From positions 1 through 23,062 of the forward strand of contig JANLSU010000100.1 in assembly GCA_031362565.1 (NCBI GenBank): DNA of 23,062 nucleotides, read 5' to 3'. Positions 9,411-18,663 of the stretch are shown one piece after another. The translations under genes and the position numbers were made by a program. Origin of the DNA: a bacterium (GTDB lineage: Bacteria > Krumholzibacteriota > Krumholzibacteriia > G020349025). The notes beneath the pieces were generated by a model. It ran no database searches. It saw nothing but the letters and a program-made list of their open reading frames with translations, and was not told the origin of the DNA. Positions within the stretch are counted from its first letter, which is position 1, and each line of letters begins with the position of its first letter.

Positions 9411-10793
9411 GTGACGCTGAGCGTCCGCAAACTGCTTCTGGGGCTCGCCGTCGGGGCCGGTCTTGTGGCGCTCGTTGTGAACCTGTCACGCCCGTCGGTG
9501 GCCGGCGACGGGATCGGGTACTACGCGCCGCTCGCCTCCGTTGTGCTTGATCACAATCTCGACTTGCGCAACGAATTCGCCTACAGCAGCAAGTCGATTC
9601 GCCAGCGCTGGCTGACGCTTCCTGATGGACGCCTGGTCGATCCGTATCCGGTGGGCGCCGCGATTCTCTGGGCGCCGGTGGTCGTCGTCGCCTGGATCTT
9701 CGACCCGCATCGCGACACATACGGCTTGCCGGACCACTGGCAGAACTCTTCGCCTGGATTCTCACGCCGCTACGTGAATGCCGTCGCGATTGGCACGGCG
9801 ATGGAAGCGCTGGGTGCGGCGGTGCTTCTGTTCTGGTGCTTCAGGCGCCGGGCCGGGCTTGGCGCTGGCGCGGCTGCGCTCGGAGTTGCGGCCGCGACGC
9901 TCGGCACACCTCTCGTCTACTACGCGCTCACCATGCCGTCGTACGCCCATGTCGCATCCTTTCTTGCGTGCAGCGCGTTGCTCGCTGCCGTTCTGGCGGG
10001 CGGTACCGGGCGCCGCTCACTGCTCGTTCTAGGCCTGCTCTGGGGTCTCGTGAGTCTGGTGCGCAATCAGGATGTCTTTCTCGGGATCCTTGTCGCACCG
10101 CGACTGTGGCGCGAACTGCGCGGCGCGGGTCACGGTTCGAAGCGCGAGACGGCACTGCGGCTCGCGCTCTTCGGCGCCGCGGCGATCGTCGTCTTCCTGC
10201 CGCAAGCGCTCTTCTGGCAGCGGATCTATGGGAGTCTTCTCCCGCAGACGGTGCCGAGCGGTTTCATGCATTGGACGCGGCCCCAGGTCTTGGCGTTCTT
10301 GTTTTCGACGTGGCAGGGCGCTCTGCTCTGGTCCCCGATCATTGGCATCGGCATCATCGGGTTGCGTTGGATCGAAGATCGTCCCCTCCGTGCCGCACTG
10401 TGGGCGGCAGTCGGGCTCGAAATCTACGCCTCGGCAGCTGCGGGCGATTGGTGGGGAAGTGCTTCGTGCGGTGCCCGGCGGCTCGTCGTCGTGGCGCCGA
10501 TTCTGGGCCTTGGCGTCGCGCTTGCGATCGACCGCGGTCTCGTTCCCGAACGCTTCCGGCGCTTGCGCATGTCGCGCCTCGCGCGCACCGCGATCGTTCT
10601 CGTCTTGACGGCGTGGAATCTACGCCTGACGCAGTACTACGCCGCCGACCTCTTGCCCAAGAACACCGGCAATCCCGGCGACTATCTGCGGGGTTACGCG
10701 CCCAGCGACCCGCACGCCCAGCCCTGGGGCCTGTGGGACTACCGGCGCTTCACCAGCGACGTCGTCGACGCCGAAAAGCGTTTGTGGCGTTGA
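9411..10793 (+). CDS. Polytopic membrane protein, GT-C-like glycosyltransferase (paralog 1)
   Basis: GTG 9411 after GAGGAG. First-loop acidic motif GDGIGYY..S...DHNLDL, YPVGAAILW, many TM helices, WWGSASCGARR. Confidence 0.75.
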   Translation: MTLSVRKLLLGLAVGAGLVALVVNLSRPSVAGDGIGYYAPLASVVLDHNLDLRNEFAYSSKSIRQRWLTLPDGRLVDPYPVGAAILWAPVVVVAWIFDPHRDTYGLPDHWQNSSPGFSRRYVNAVAIGTAMEALGAAVLLFWCFRRRAGLGAGAAALGVAAATLGTPLVYYALTMPSYAHVASFLACSALLAAVLAGGTGRRSLLVLGLLWGLVSLVRNQDVFLGILVAPRLWRELRGAGHGSKRETALRLALFGAAAIVVFLPQALFWQRIYGSLLPQTVPSGFMHWTRPQVLAFLFSTWQGALLWSPIIGIGIIGLRWIEDRPLRAALWAAVGLEIYASAAAGDWWGSASCGARRLVVVAPILGLGVALAIDRGLVPERFRRLRMSRLARTAIVLVLTAWNLRLTQYYAADLLPKNTGNPGDYLRGYAPSDPHAQPWGLWDYRRFTSDVVDAEKRLWR

Positions 10794-10815
10794 GCGAGCG
10801 CGCGACGCCGGCCCG

Positions 10816-12627
10816 TCAGCCGAGCCGCTTCTCGAGTGCGTCGAGTTCGTTGCGGAGCCCCGCCGGCAACTTGGCACCGAAGCGTTCGAAGTGCTGTCGA
10901 ATCGACGGCACTTCCTCTTTCCAAGCCACGGGATCGACCGACAAGAGCGCCTTCACCGCTTCGGCCGATAGATTGAGGCTCTTCAGGTCGAGCGCCTCCG
11001 GTGTCGGCAGCTTGCCGATCGGCGTGTCGACGGCTGCGGCCTTGCCGTCGCAACGTCCCGCGACCCAGGCCAACACCCGGCTGTTCTCGCCATAGCCCGG
11101 CCACAGGAACTTGCCGTCCGGGCCCTTGCGGAACCAGTTGACGAAGAAAATCTTCGGCATCTTGTCGCCGCCCTTTTCGCCCATCTTGAGCCAATGCGCG
11201 AAGTAGTCGCCCATGTTGTAACCGCAGAAGGGCAGCATCGCCATCGGATCACGCCGCAACTCGCCGATCTTGCCGGTCGCCGCCGCTGTCTGTTCCGACG
11301 CCATGATCGAACCCAGGAAAACACCGTGTTGCCACGACGTGGCCTCGGTCACGAGCGGCACGTTGGTCGCGCGCCGGCCGCCAAAGAGAATGGCGCTAAT
11401 CGGCACGCCCTTCGGGTCTTCCCATTCCTTGGCGATGACCGGACATTGCTTGGCCGGCACCGTGAAGCGCGAATTCGCATGCGCCGCCGGACGCCCGACC
11501 CCCGGATGCCACGGCCGGCGCAGCCAGTCGGTGACCGACTCGGGCTCGTGATCCAGCATCTGCTCCCAATAGACGTCGCCATCCTTGGTGAGCGCGACGT
11601 TGGTGAAGATAGAATTCGCATGCAGGCTGCGAAGCGCATTGCGATTGCTGAGATCGCTCGTGCCCGGAGCGACGCCGAAAAAACCCGCTTCGGGATTGAT
11701 GGCGTAGAGCCGGCCATCGGCGCCAAACTTCATCCAGGCGATGTCATCGCCCACCGTCTCTGCCTTCCAGCCCGGAATCGTCGGGATGAGCATCGCGAGG
11801 TTCGTCTTGCCGCAGGCCGACGGAAAGGCGCCGGCGATGTACTTCACGTCGCCCGCCGGGCTCGTCAGCTTCAAGATGAGCATGTGTTCCGCGAGCCAGC
11901 CCTCGTCGCGCGCCTGCACGGAGGCGATGCGCAACGCGTGGCACTTTTTCCCGAGGAGCGCATTGCCGCCGTAGCCCGAGCCATACGACCAGATTTCGCG
12001 TGTCTCGGGGAAATGCGTGATGTACTTGGTGGTCGCGTTGCACGGCCACGGCAAATCGGCCTGCTTGGGATCGCGGAGCGGATAGCCCACCGAATGCGAG
12101 CCACGCACGAAATCGGTGCTGTCGCCCAGCACCTCGAGGACGCGATGTCCGACCCGCGTCATGATGTGCATGTTGATGACGACGTACGGCGAATCCGACA
12201 CCATGACGCCGATTTTGGCGATCGGCGAACCGACCGGTCCCATGGAGTAGGGAATGACATACATCGTGCGGCCCTGCATCGTGCCGTCGAAGAGCTCGGC
12301 GAGTTTCGTCTTCATCTCGACGGGGTCGGCCCAGTTGTTCGTGGGGCCGGCGTCGTCGCGGTTCACGGAGCAGATGTAGGTCTTGTCCTCGACGCGCGCC
12401 ACGTCGGCCGGGTCGCTGCGGACGAGAATGCTGTGCGGGCGCTTCTTTTCGTCGAGGCGGATCGCGGTGCCCGCGTCGACGAGCATCTGCACCATTTCTT
12501 GGTATTCGGCCGGCGAACCATCACACCAGCGCACCCCGTCTGGACGCATCATGCGCGTCGCCGCGTCGACGAATGCGAGAACCTTGGCATTGGTAGTGGG
12601 AACGGATACGGCAGGCATGATTCCCAT
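10816..12627 (-). CDS. pckG: Phosphoenolpyruvate carboxykinase (GTP)
   Basis: [85 protein letters not shown]. Confidence 0.98.
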   Translation of the reverse strand: MGIMPAVSVPTTNAKVLAFVDAATRMMRPDGVRWCDGSPAEYQEMVQMLVDAGTAIRLDEKKRPHSILVRSDPADVARVEDKTYICSVNRDDAGPTNNWADPVEMKTKLAELFDGTMQGRTMYVIPYSMGPVGSPIAKIGVMVSDSPYVVINMHIMTRVGHRVLEVLGDSTDFVRGSHSVGYPLRDPKQADLPWPCNATTKYITHFPETREIWSYGSGYGGNALLGKKCHALRIASVQARDEGWLAEHMLILKLTSPAGDVKYIAGAFPSACGKTNLAMLIPTIPGWKAETVGDDIAWMKFGADGRLYAINPEAGFFGVAPGTSDLSNRNALRSLHANSIFTNVALTKDGDVYWEQMLDHEPESVTDWLRRPWHPGVGRPAAHANSRFTVPAKQCPVIAKEWEDPKGVPISAILFGGRRATNVPLVTEATSWQHGVFLGSIMASEQTAAATGKIGELRRDPMAMLPFCGYNMGDYFAHWLKMGEKGGDKMPKIFFVNWFRKGPDGKFLWPGYGENSRVLAWVAGRCDGKAAAVDTPIGKLPTPEALDLKSLNLSAEAVKALLSVDPVAWKEEVPSIRQHFERFGAKLPAGLRNELDALEKRLG

Positions 12628-12736
12628 GGGTTCTAGCTTCCTTCAGGTAAGCGGGGCGAGCCCCCTTTGGCGCCCCGAAAAGCGCCACAACCATACCGGA
12701 TCGCTCCTCCGGGCCGCCACCTGGTAGGGTGGGCGT

Positions 12737-14113
12737 GTGACTCACCGGCGAACCCCTCCACTGCGGCATCTTGCGGCCCTCGTGCTGGCCGTGCTGCTTG
12801 GCGCCGTGTGTGTCGTGCGGCCGCTCGTCCGGCCGTCTATTCGGATGGATGGAGTGGGTTATTACGCACCGCTTGCCTCGGTTCTCTTCGACCGCGATCT
12901 GAACCTCGCGAACGAGATCGCCCACGCCGGCAACTTCATGCGCAACGCTTGGTTCAGGCTGCCCGATGGCCGGCTCGTAGACCCGTATCCGGTGGGGGCG
13001 GCGATCTTATGGTCGCCGGCAGTGGCGGTCGTTTTGGCCTTCGACCCGCAGCGGCACGAGTACGGCCTGCCGGACCGATGGCGCGGTGCATCGCCCGGAT
13101 TCGAGCGCCGGTACGTGCGGGCCGTAGCCCTTGCGACCGCACTCGAAGCGCTGGCCGGAGCGGCCCTTCTCGCTTGGAGTCTGCGATCTCGGCTACGCCG
13201 AAGTTCGGTCTTGGCGGGAGTCGTGGGCGGCACGCTCGGGACACCGCTCGTCTACTACGCCTGCGCCGAGCCATCGTATGCGCATACCGCGTCATTCTTG
13301 GCGGCGAGCGCCTTCTTGCTCGTCGCGCGCCTAGAGCGGTGCGATCGCCGCTCGCTTGTCGTGCTGGGTGCCTTGTGGGGACTGCTGTGCTTGGTGCGCT
13401 CGCAAGATGCGGTGCTGGGCGTACTGGCGGCGCCGGTACTGCTGCAAGCATTGGCGCGCGCCTGGCGCCGCGCTCGGTGGCGTGCGCTGGAGGTTGCCGG
13501 GCTCTTCCTGCTTCCCGCGTGCATCGTGTTTCTGCCGCAGGTGCTCTTTTGGCAGCGCATCTACGGCCAGCCGTTGGTGTTCGCGGCACCGAACGGCTTC
13601 ATGCACTGGTCGAGTCCTGCTGTCCTGCCGTTCCTGCTCTCGACCTGGCAAGGGGCTTTCGTATGGTCGCCGCTTTTGCTCGCCGGCATCGCCGGCGTTG
13701 GGTGCGTTCCGGAACGCCGCTGGCGCATCGCGCTTTGGAGTGCGATGGCGCTCGAGATCTATGTGTCCTCGGCGGCCGGTGACTGGTGGGGAAGTGCGTC
13801 GTTCGGCGCCCGCCGGTTGGTCGTCATCGCGCCGCTCGCCGGGTTCGGGGTCGCATTCCTCTTCGAGCGGCTCGTGACATCGCGCCGGCGTGCCGTGTGG
13901 GTGACCGCCGTGCTCGTGGGGCTCGTAGCATGGAATGTGCGCTTGGCGCAGTACAGCGCCGCCGGTTGGCTGCCGCTCAATGTCCGCAATGTCGGCGAGT
14001 TCGGACGCGATTTCCCGGCTGGGCATCCGTATCGTGAGCCGTGGGGCGAATGGGACTACGCGCGGTTGGCGGGCGAGTTCGCGCATGCCGAGCACCGCAT
14101 GTGGGCCCCCTAA
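12737..14113 (+). CDS. Polytopic membrane protein, GT-C-like glycosyltransferase (paralog 2)
   Basis: MDGVGYYAPLASVLFDRDLNL, LPDGRLVDPYPVGAAILW, WWGSASFGARRLVV; colinear with 9411-10793. Confidence 0.75.
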   Translation: MTHRRTPPLRHLAALVLAVLLGAVCVVRPLVRPSIRMDGVGYYAPLASVLFDRDLNLANEIAHAGNFMRNAWFRLPDGRLVDPYPVGAAILWSPAVAVVLAFDPQRHEYGLPDRWRGASPGFERRYVRAVALATALEALAGAALLAWSLRSRLRRSSVLAGVVGGTLGTPLVYYACAEPSYAHTASFLAASAFLLVARLERCDRRSLVVLGALWGLLCLVRSQDAVLGVLAAPVLLQALARAWRRARWRALEVAGLFLLPACIVFLPQVLFWQRIYGQPLVFAAPNGFMHWSSPAVLPFLLSTWQGAFVWSPLLLAGIAGVGCVPERRWRIALWSAMALEIYVSSAAGDWWGSASFGARRLVVIAPLAGFGVAFLFERLVTSRRRAVWVTAVLVGLVAWNVRLAQYSAAGWLPLNVRNVGEFGRDFPAGHPYREPWGEWDYARLAGEFAHAEHRMWAP

Positions 14114-14160
14114 AACGACGCGTGCCGCCGCGGTGTTCCGCAGCGGCGCGCGATGTCGTT
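14114..14160. terminator. Hairpin between convergent genes (probable terminator)
   Basis: AACGAC-GCGTGCCGC-CGCGG tgtt CCGC-AGCGGCGCGC-gat-GTCGTT, immediately after the TAA at 14113. Confidence 0.45.
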
Positions 14161-14182
14161 CGCCGGGGGCGGCGTGGCTCGA

Positions 14183-15115
14183 TCAGATCTCGCCTTTGGG
14201 CTTCTTGATGACGCTCACACCGAAAGCGAAAGTCGTGCTGGCTTCGCCCTCTTCGGTATGGCCGACGCTGTGGCCGATGGACGCGAACCCCACGAATTCC
14301 ATCTTGGACCGTGCCAGCGCCTTGGGGAACAACGCCTCGACCCAGCCGACGCGCACGTCCGTTTGGCGATTGTGGAGATTCTCGTCGCGTTCGGAGTAGA
14401 TCTCGGTCAGGACCCGGATGTATTCGCCGATCGCGCGCCCAACGCCGAACGCCGCGGTCGTGTCTTGCAGTTCATGGTCCAGGTTGTGCCGGTAACCGAG
14501 ATTGACGGCGAGCGTGTAGTCGCGGTGCACCGTTTTCGAGATCAGCAGTGGGAGATAGTACGAACTGCCTTCGTCCGATTCCGGATTGCCTTCCTCGTCC
14601 TTGAGCGTGAAACCGTCATTGAAGGAGTAGTTCGGATAGACGGCCGCTTCCAGGCCATTGTTGTCCAGGAAGCGCCATTTCACGCCGATTTCCGTTGCCC
14701 CGAGCCCCTGCTGGTTGTGTTCGCCGACCGCGCCCTCGGTCAAGTAGGGACGCTCGAACTTGAGTTGGATTCGGTCGCCGATCCCATAGTTGGCATCGAG
14801 CAGAGTCTCGGATCCGCGCCCCTGCCCGGCGCGCGCCAGCGTGCCGACCAAATTCACTTCGATGCCTTGGCGGCCCGGCGTTCCCGGATCGTCCATTTCC
14901 ATGGGCGGGGAACTGACCGCGCTCTCTGGCGCTTCCTCTTCCTCGGCGCCGGCTTCGGCGCCGCTCTGAACTTCACCACTGCTGGCTGCCGCGACGACCT
15001 GGACGTGCGCCGCGTCCTTCGGTTCGTTGTCGTTCGCTTGCCAGTCGCTGGCGTCGGCGATTCCGGCTGAACTCATCAGCCCCATCGCCACGACCACTGC
15101 AAATGTTCTGAACAC
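14183..15115 (-). CDS. Putative outer-membrane beta-barrel protein (transporter/MetA-pathway-like)
   Basis: Signal peptide, acidic linker, PPMEMDDPGTPG..IEVNL, DANYGIGDRIQLKFERPY, GLGATEIGVKWRF, alternating amphipathic strands. Likely start GTG 15115. Confidence 0.65.
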   Translation of the reverse strand: MFRTFAVVVAMGLMSSAGIADASDWQANDNEPKDAAHVQVVAAASSGEVQSGAEAGAEEEEAPESAVSSPPMEMDDPGTPGRQGIEVNLVGTLARAGQGRGSETLLDANYGIGDRIQLKFERPYLTEGAVGEHNQQGLGATEIGVKWRFLDNNGLEAAVYPNYSFNDGFTLKDEEGNPESDEGSSYYLPLLISKTVHRDYTLAVNLGYRHNLDHELQDTTAAFGVGRAIGEYIRVLTEIYSERDENLHNRQTDVRVGWVEALFPKALARSKMEFVGFASIGHSVGHTEEGEASTTFAFGVSVIKKPKGEI

Positions 15116-15186
15116 GGTTGACCCCCGACGTTCCAATCAAAAACGGGGCGCTTTCTTCGCGAAGTGGCTTGTTCGAATTGAACTCG

Positions 15187-15216
15187 ATTAGACACTTTTA
15201 CGGCGTCTCGAGTCAA
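15187..15216 (-). promoter_or_regulatory. Candidate sigma-70 promoter for the barrel gene
   Basis: Minus strand TTGACT-N18-TCTAAT in an AT-rich intergenic stretch. Confidence 0.35.
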
Positions 15217-15311
15217 GGATTTTGCAATGCTGTTACGTTGATCGGCACTAAAAAACCAGCGGTTTGCGCGGAACGGTGGGTCGAATTGCGCAACTGCGCC
15301 GATAGTTGTAA

Positions 15312-16334
15312 TCAATGCAGACTGGCTGTATACGGATCAGTCACCGCGAGCAAGCGGCCGTGCTCCGGGTCGCCGAAGTACACCTTTCCCCGGACCGCGA
15401 TGCAGTGCGAATCCTCGGTGGCCGGGAAGGTACCAAGCAACGAGAGCGCACCTTGCAACGAGACCCCAACCATGGCGAGGGTCTTGGTTTCGGCGCTCGG
15501 AACATACACGTGTCCCAGATCCGGATCGTACGCAATGATGTCGATGCCGCCGGCCAGGGCGATCTTGCTCAGCTGTTTTCCGGTCGTCACATCCACAGCG
15601 GTGAGACCGCCGGCCTCGCAGGCGACGAACAGCAAGCCGCGTTTCGCGTCCAGCGCGAGGCCGGAGGCGCCTTCGCAACCGTTCTTCCACGTGGCCACGA
15701 TCGCCCGCGTCCGCAGGTCGATGGCCACGGTCTTGGATTCGAGATTGGTGTAGGCGCGCCGGCGCCGCACATCGAGGACGAGCGATTCGGGGTCCCCGGG
15801 CAACGTGATTTTGGTGACGGCCTCGAGACGCGGCGGCTTGTCGGTGGTGAGCCGGAAGATCTCGATGCGCTGCGAGTCGGGCTCACTCACCCAAATCTCA
15901 CGCGCCGCGGCAAGCCAGCGCACGTAGTCCGGGCTGGCGCTGAGCGCCGTGTGGCCGACGATCGCTTTGGTCGCCGGATCGACGATGGAGAGTTGAAGCG
16001 CCGTGCGGTCGGTGGCGAAGAGCAGACCCTCGCCCTCGACGACCGACGTCACTCCATCCTCGTGACCGCCGGGGAAGTCGGCGCGAGCGGTGAACCCGGG
16101 GATCGACACGACCGAGCCGGTCTCGAGATCGACGAGATCGATCATTCCAGTGCGGCCCGCGGGCACGAGCAATTTCCCGAGCCTGGTCGAGTAGGCGAGA
16201 TCGTCGAATCCGATACCGGCTTCGCCGCCGGGCATCGCGATGGCGACTGGCGTGGGCGGCGCTTGGGCGGTGGTTCCGGCGGCGAGGGCGGGGCTCGTCG
16301 AGAAAAGGCAGAGCCCCAGAACTAAGAGTCGCAT
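15312..16334 (-). CDS. Secreted YncE/YVTN-like beta-propeller protein
   Basis: ATG 16334 with AAGGAG RBS; signal peptide; GIGFDDLAY, LSASPDYV, LPGDPESLVLD, GCEGASGLALDAKRGLLFVAC, GGIDIIAYDP. Confidence 0.8.
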   Translation of the reverse strand: MRLLVLGLCLFSTSPALAAGTTAQAPPTPVAIAMPGGEAGIGFDDLAYSTRLGKLLVPAGRTGMIDLVDLETGSVVSIPGFTARADFPGGHEDGVTSVVEGEGLLFATDRTALQLSIVDPATKAIVGHTALSASPDYVRWLAAAREIWVSEPDSQRIEIFRLTTDKPPRLEAVTKITLPGDPESLVLDVRRRRAYTNLESKTVAIDLRTRAIVATWKNGCEGASGLALDAKRGLLFVACEAGGLTAVDVTTGKQLSKIALAGGIDIIAYDPDLGHVYVPSAETKTLAMVGVSLQGALSLLGTFPATEDSHCIAVRGKVYFGDPEHGRLLAVTDPYTASLH

Positions 16335-16414
16335 CGGTGTACTCCTTGGTCTCGGCGCAGCCTGTTGGCGCGCGGCGAAAGAACGACGCACGCACATCGC
16401 CGCTGACGCGGCAC

Positions 16415-16443
16415 TTGTGGCACTCTGTACAGAACGCTAAATT
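16415..16443 (+). promoter_or_regulatory. Candidate sigma-70 promoter pointing into the structured gap
   Basis: TTGTGG (16415-16420), 17-nt spacer, TAAATT (16438-16443); divergent from the YncE-like gene. Confidence 0.4.
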
Positions 16444-16444
16444 G

Positions 16445-17365
16445 GGGCAACCACCCCACCGCGGGGCCCGCGGGCTCGCCGCATGCTACGGCGATGCCGT
16501 GGAGAAACGGAAAAAAAGGGAGGGTCGAACGCGAGTCGAGTCGGACCGGCATCGAACAGAGTTCCGTCACTGACGTTGCTCTGGCGAAGTTATCCGTGGT
16601 GACTGTAGCCTGCCCGTTCTTACCAGCCACCACGCCCACATCCGGTCTGCCCGTTCGCGCCGGCCCTCCCTCAATTCCATTTGTGCATTCGAGGTGGCGT
16701 GGTTCCATGCACGCGCACCGCATCGCTCACCGTTGCAAATGCAGGGTCCGAGCGCGATCAACACCGCGTCCTCTATTCCGAACGCGTCGTCCCGGTGAGA
16801 TACGAAGACCCGCCGCGAAGTGCTGAAGCCCCGGGTACCGACAGGGCGCAACGCGACGAATCACCGCACAAGGGACGAGGATGGAACGGCCGGAGCAGCC
16901 GCGTTTCACGCCTAGCCTCGAAACCGGTGCGGAGGGGGAATACCTGGGCACCGGAGCTCGAACCACCGTGAAACCACGGCCGAAGGCCGCGGCTCCCGCG
17001 CACGAACCCACACGACGAGGAAAGCGGTGCCGCGTCTCTCGGCCCTGGTTGGGGCGCGTGTCGGACGGCAACGGCGAAGATGGCGCCGCGACAATCGGCA
17101 ACCAACGAGCGTGCGAAACGGGATGGAGTTTCGGCACCGTCTTCCTCAAAGGTCTACCGCTCGCCGCGTACGTTCCCATTCAGGGGAGCGGCCTCTTTGG
17201 CCGCGAGAACGTTGTTCGAACGAGCGTCTGGTCGGTCTTTATCAGTCCGCCATATCGACCTTTGAGAGATGCCTGCGAAGCACGAACGGGCAGTCCGTGT
17301 AGGACAAGTCTAGTGGAGTCTGGTCCCGGCTGCAACTCGAAAAGTGCGTTTGCGGCGTCTTTTCT
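16445..17365 (+). ncRNA. Candidate large (~900 nt) structured non-coding RNA, family unassigned
   Basis: Nested helices found by eye: 16517-16549/16642-16671, 16787-16798/16861-16878, 16924-16930/16948-16954, 17017-17032/17132-17147, 17145-17154/17257-17266, plus long-range 16610-16619/17284-17293. No convincing ORF; A-rich linkers on the + strand. Ends are approximate. Confidence 0.6.
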
Positions 17366-17417
17366 GGCGCCCGGCGGCTCCACGCCCTTGGGTCCTGGAG
17401 CCCTTGCTCCCGCGCGC

Positions 17418-17446
17418 TTGCCGGGGTCTTGCCGGCGTGCTAACGT
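17418..17446 (+). promoter_or_regulatory. Sigma-70 promoter for the TPR operon
   Basis: TTGCCG (17418-17423), 17-nt spacer, extended -10 TGcTAACGT (17438-17446); GGAGG RBS before GTG 17488. Confidence 0.5.
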
Positions 17447-17487
17447 GGCGTGCTTCTCACTTGTGAACCAGGCTCGTACGGAGGTTC

Positions 17488-18177
17488 GTGGCTTTGGCAC
17501 CAGCGCAGCAACCGATCGGCCGCAAGGTCAAGGAAGATGAAGATCCCGTGATGACCTCGGTCCATCGCGGCCTGGATTACGTCACGACCCACATGAACAT
17601 CGTCCTGGGCGTGGCGGCGGGCATTGTCCTCATCGTGGTCATCGGCGTCCTGTGGTCGCGGGACCACGCTGCCCGGGCCGCGGCCGCCGACAGCAGCATC
17701 TCGGAGGTTGTACTGGGGTTTGCGGGCGGCAACTACCAGGCGACCTTGGATGCCGCCAATGCCGTCCAAGCGAGCCACCCCGGAACCGAGGCGGCGCGGA
17801 ACGCTAAGTACTTCGCCGGCGCCAGCCAGCTCCGCATGGGGCAGTTTCCGGAAGCCGAGCAGACGCTGCGTGCCTACCTCGCGGATACGGGCCCCAAGGG
17901 GTTCTACGAGCACGCCGCCCGTGCAGCGGTTGCGGCGAGCCTCGAGGGCCAGAGCAAGTTCGCGGACGCCGCGGCGATCTACCAAGAAGAAGCGAACGTG
18001 CTTCCCGAAGCACTCGCGAACGATGCGCGTCTCGACGCGGCTCGCGCCCTGCGGCTCGCAGGTTCCGTGGATCAAGCCAAGGGAATCCTGACCAAGTTGA
18101 GCGAATTGACCAATGCTCCCATGGTCGCGCGGCAGGCCAAGATCGAACTTGCGGTAATCGAAAGCGCGCATCCCTGA
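17488..18177 (+). CDS. YfgM-like membrane-anchored tetratricopeptide repeat protein
   Basis: N-terminal RKVKEDEDPV, single TM (IVLGVAAGIVLIVVIGVLW), HPGTEAARNAKYFAG, TPR helices. Confidence 0.8.
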   Translation: MALAPAQQPIGRKVKEDEDPVMTSVHRGLDYVTTHMNIVLGVAAGIVLIVVIGVLWSRDHAARAAAADSSISEVVLGFAGGNYQATLDAANAVQASHPGTEAARNAKYFAGASQLRMGQFPEAEQTLRAYLADTGPKGFYEHAARAAVAASLEGQSKFADAAAIYQEEANVLPEALANDARLDAARALRLAGSVDQAKGILTKLSELTNAPMVARQAKIELAVIESAHP

Positions 18178-18237
18178 CGCCGTACTCGCCGCATGGCGTC
18201 GCGGCCGCTCCGGACGCGCGCGGGAGACGAGCGCCGA

Positions 18238-18663
18238 ATGCTTCAAGCCCCGCACGATGACACGAACTCCGCGCCGCGCGAAGCGGGCGGTTCGGGCGAG
18301 CGCGCCGAGGATCCCAGCGATGTCTCGCGCTGGCTCGCGGCCCTGTCCTATGCATTCGTAGTGGCGATCTTCGTCGTCGTCGAAGCCCGCCGGCGCCCGC
18401 CGGATGAATTCCTGCGCTTCCATGCGCGCCAAGGCTTCCTGCTCTTCTTCGCGGAATTCGCGCTGCTCATCGTCTCGATGATTCTCAATCACACCGTCGG
18501 GCGGATCGAAGTCCTGGGCTTCGTGATCATGGTCACCTGGAACTTGGTGACCGGACTGCTGGCCGTCGGCGTTTCGGTGATGGGATTCATGTACGCGCTT
18601 TCCGGCGAGCGCTGGAAGCTGCCCCTGTTGGGCGACCATGCGGGGCGCGTGCCGCTGAAGTGA
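18238..18663 (+). CDS. DUF4870-like small membrane protein
   Basis: LAALSY...DEFLRFHARQGFLLF...ALSGERWKLPLLG, three TM segments. Start ATG 18238 (GGGAGA RBS) or 18193. Confidence 0.8.
   Translation: MLQAPHDDTNSAPREAGGSGERAEDPSDVSRWLAALSYAFVVAIFVVVEARRRPPDEFLRFHARQGFLLFFAEFALLIVSMILNHTVGRIEVLGFVIMVTWNLVTGLLAVGVSVMGFMYALSGERWKLPLLGDHAGRVPLK

Noticed and set aside
11194..12636. Long antisense or alternate-frame ORFs (e.g. 11194-12636, 9836-11095, 12667-13782, 14153-15070, 15315-16325, 20534-21586, 1139-1816)
   Set aside because: Shadow ORFs of well-supported genes, expected in high-GC DNA.
16511..16671. Minus-strand 6S, Y RNA or retron-like reading of domain 1 (stem followed by T7)
   Set aside because: GTTCGA motifs lack T-arm stems, there is no reverse transcriptase or Ro60 gene nearby, and the domain pairs with 17284-17293. 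A minus-strand role cannot be fully excluded.
17017..17030. GAGGAAAG suggesting RNase P RNA
   Set aside because: Followed by CGG rather than TCC, and the 3' ACAxAAxxCGGCTTA motif is absent on both strands.
16881..17540. 219-aa ORF and other 60-150 aa ORFs in the 16.4-17.5 kb gap
   Set aside because: Arg/Pro/Gly/Ser-rich with no domain-like pattern, and the 219-aa ORF overlaps the promoter and start of the TPR gene. The DNA is better explained by RNA structure.
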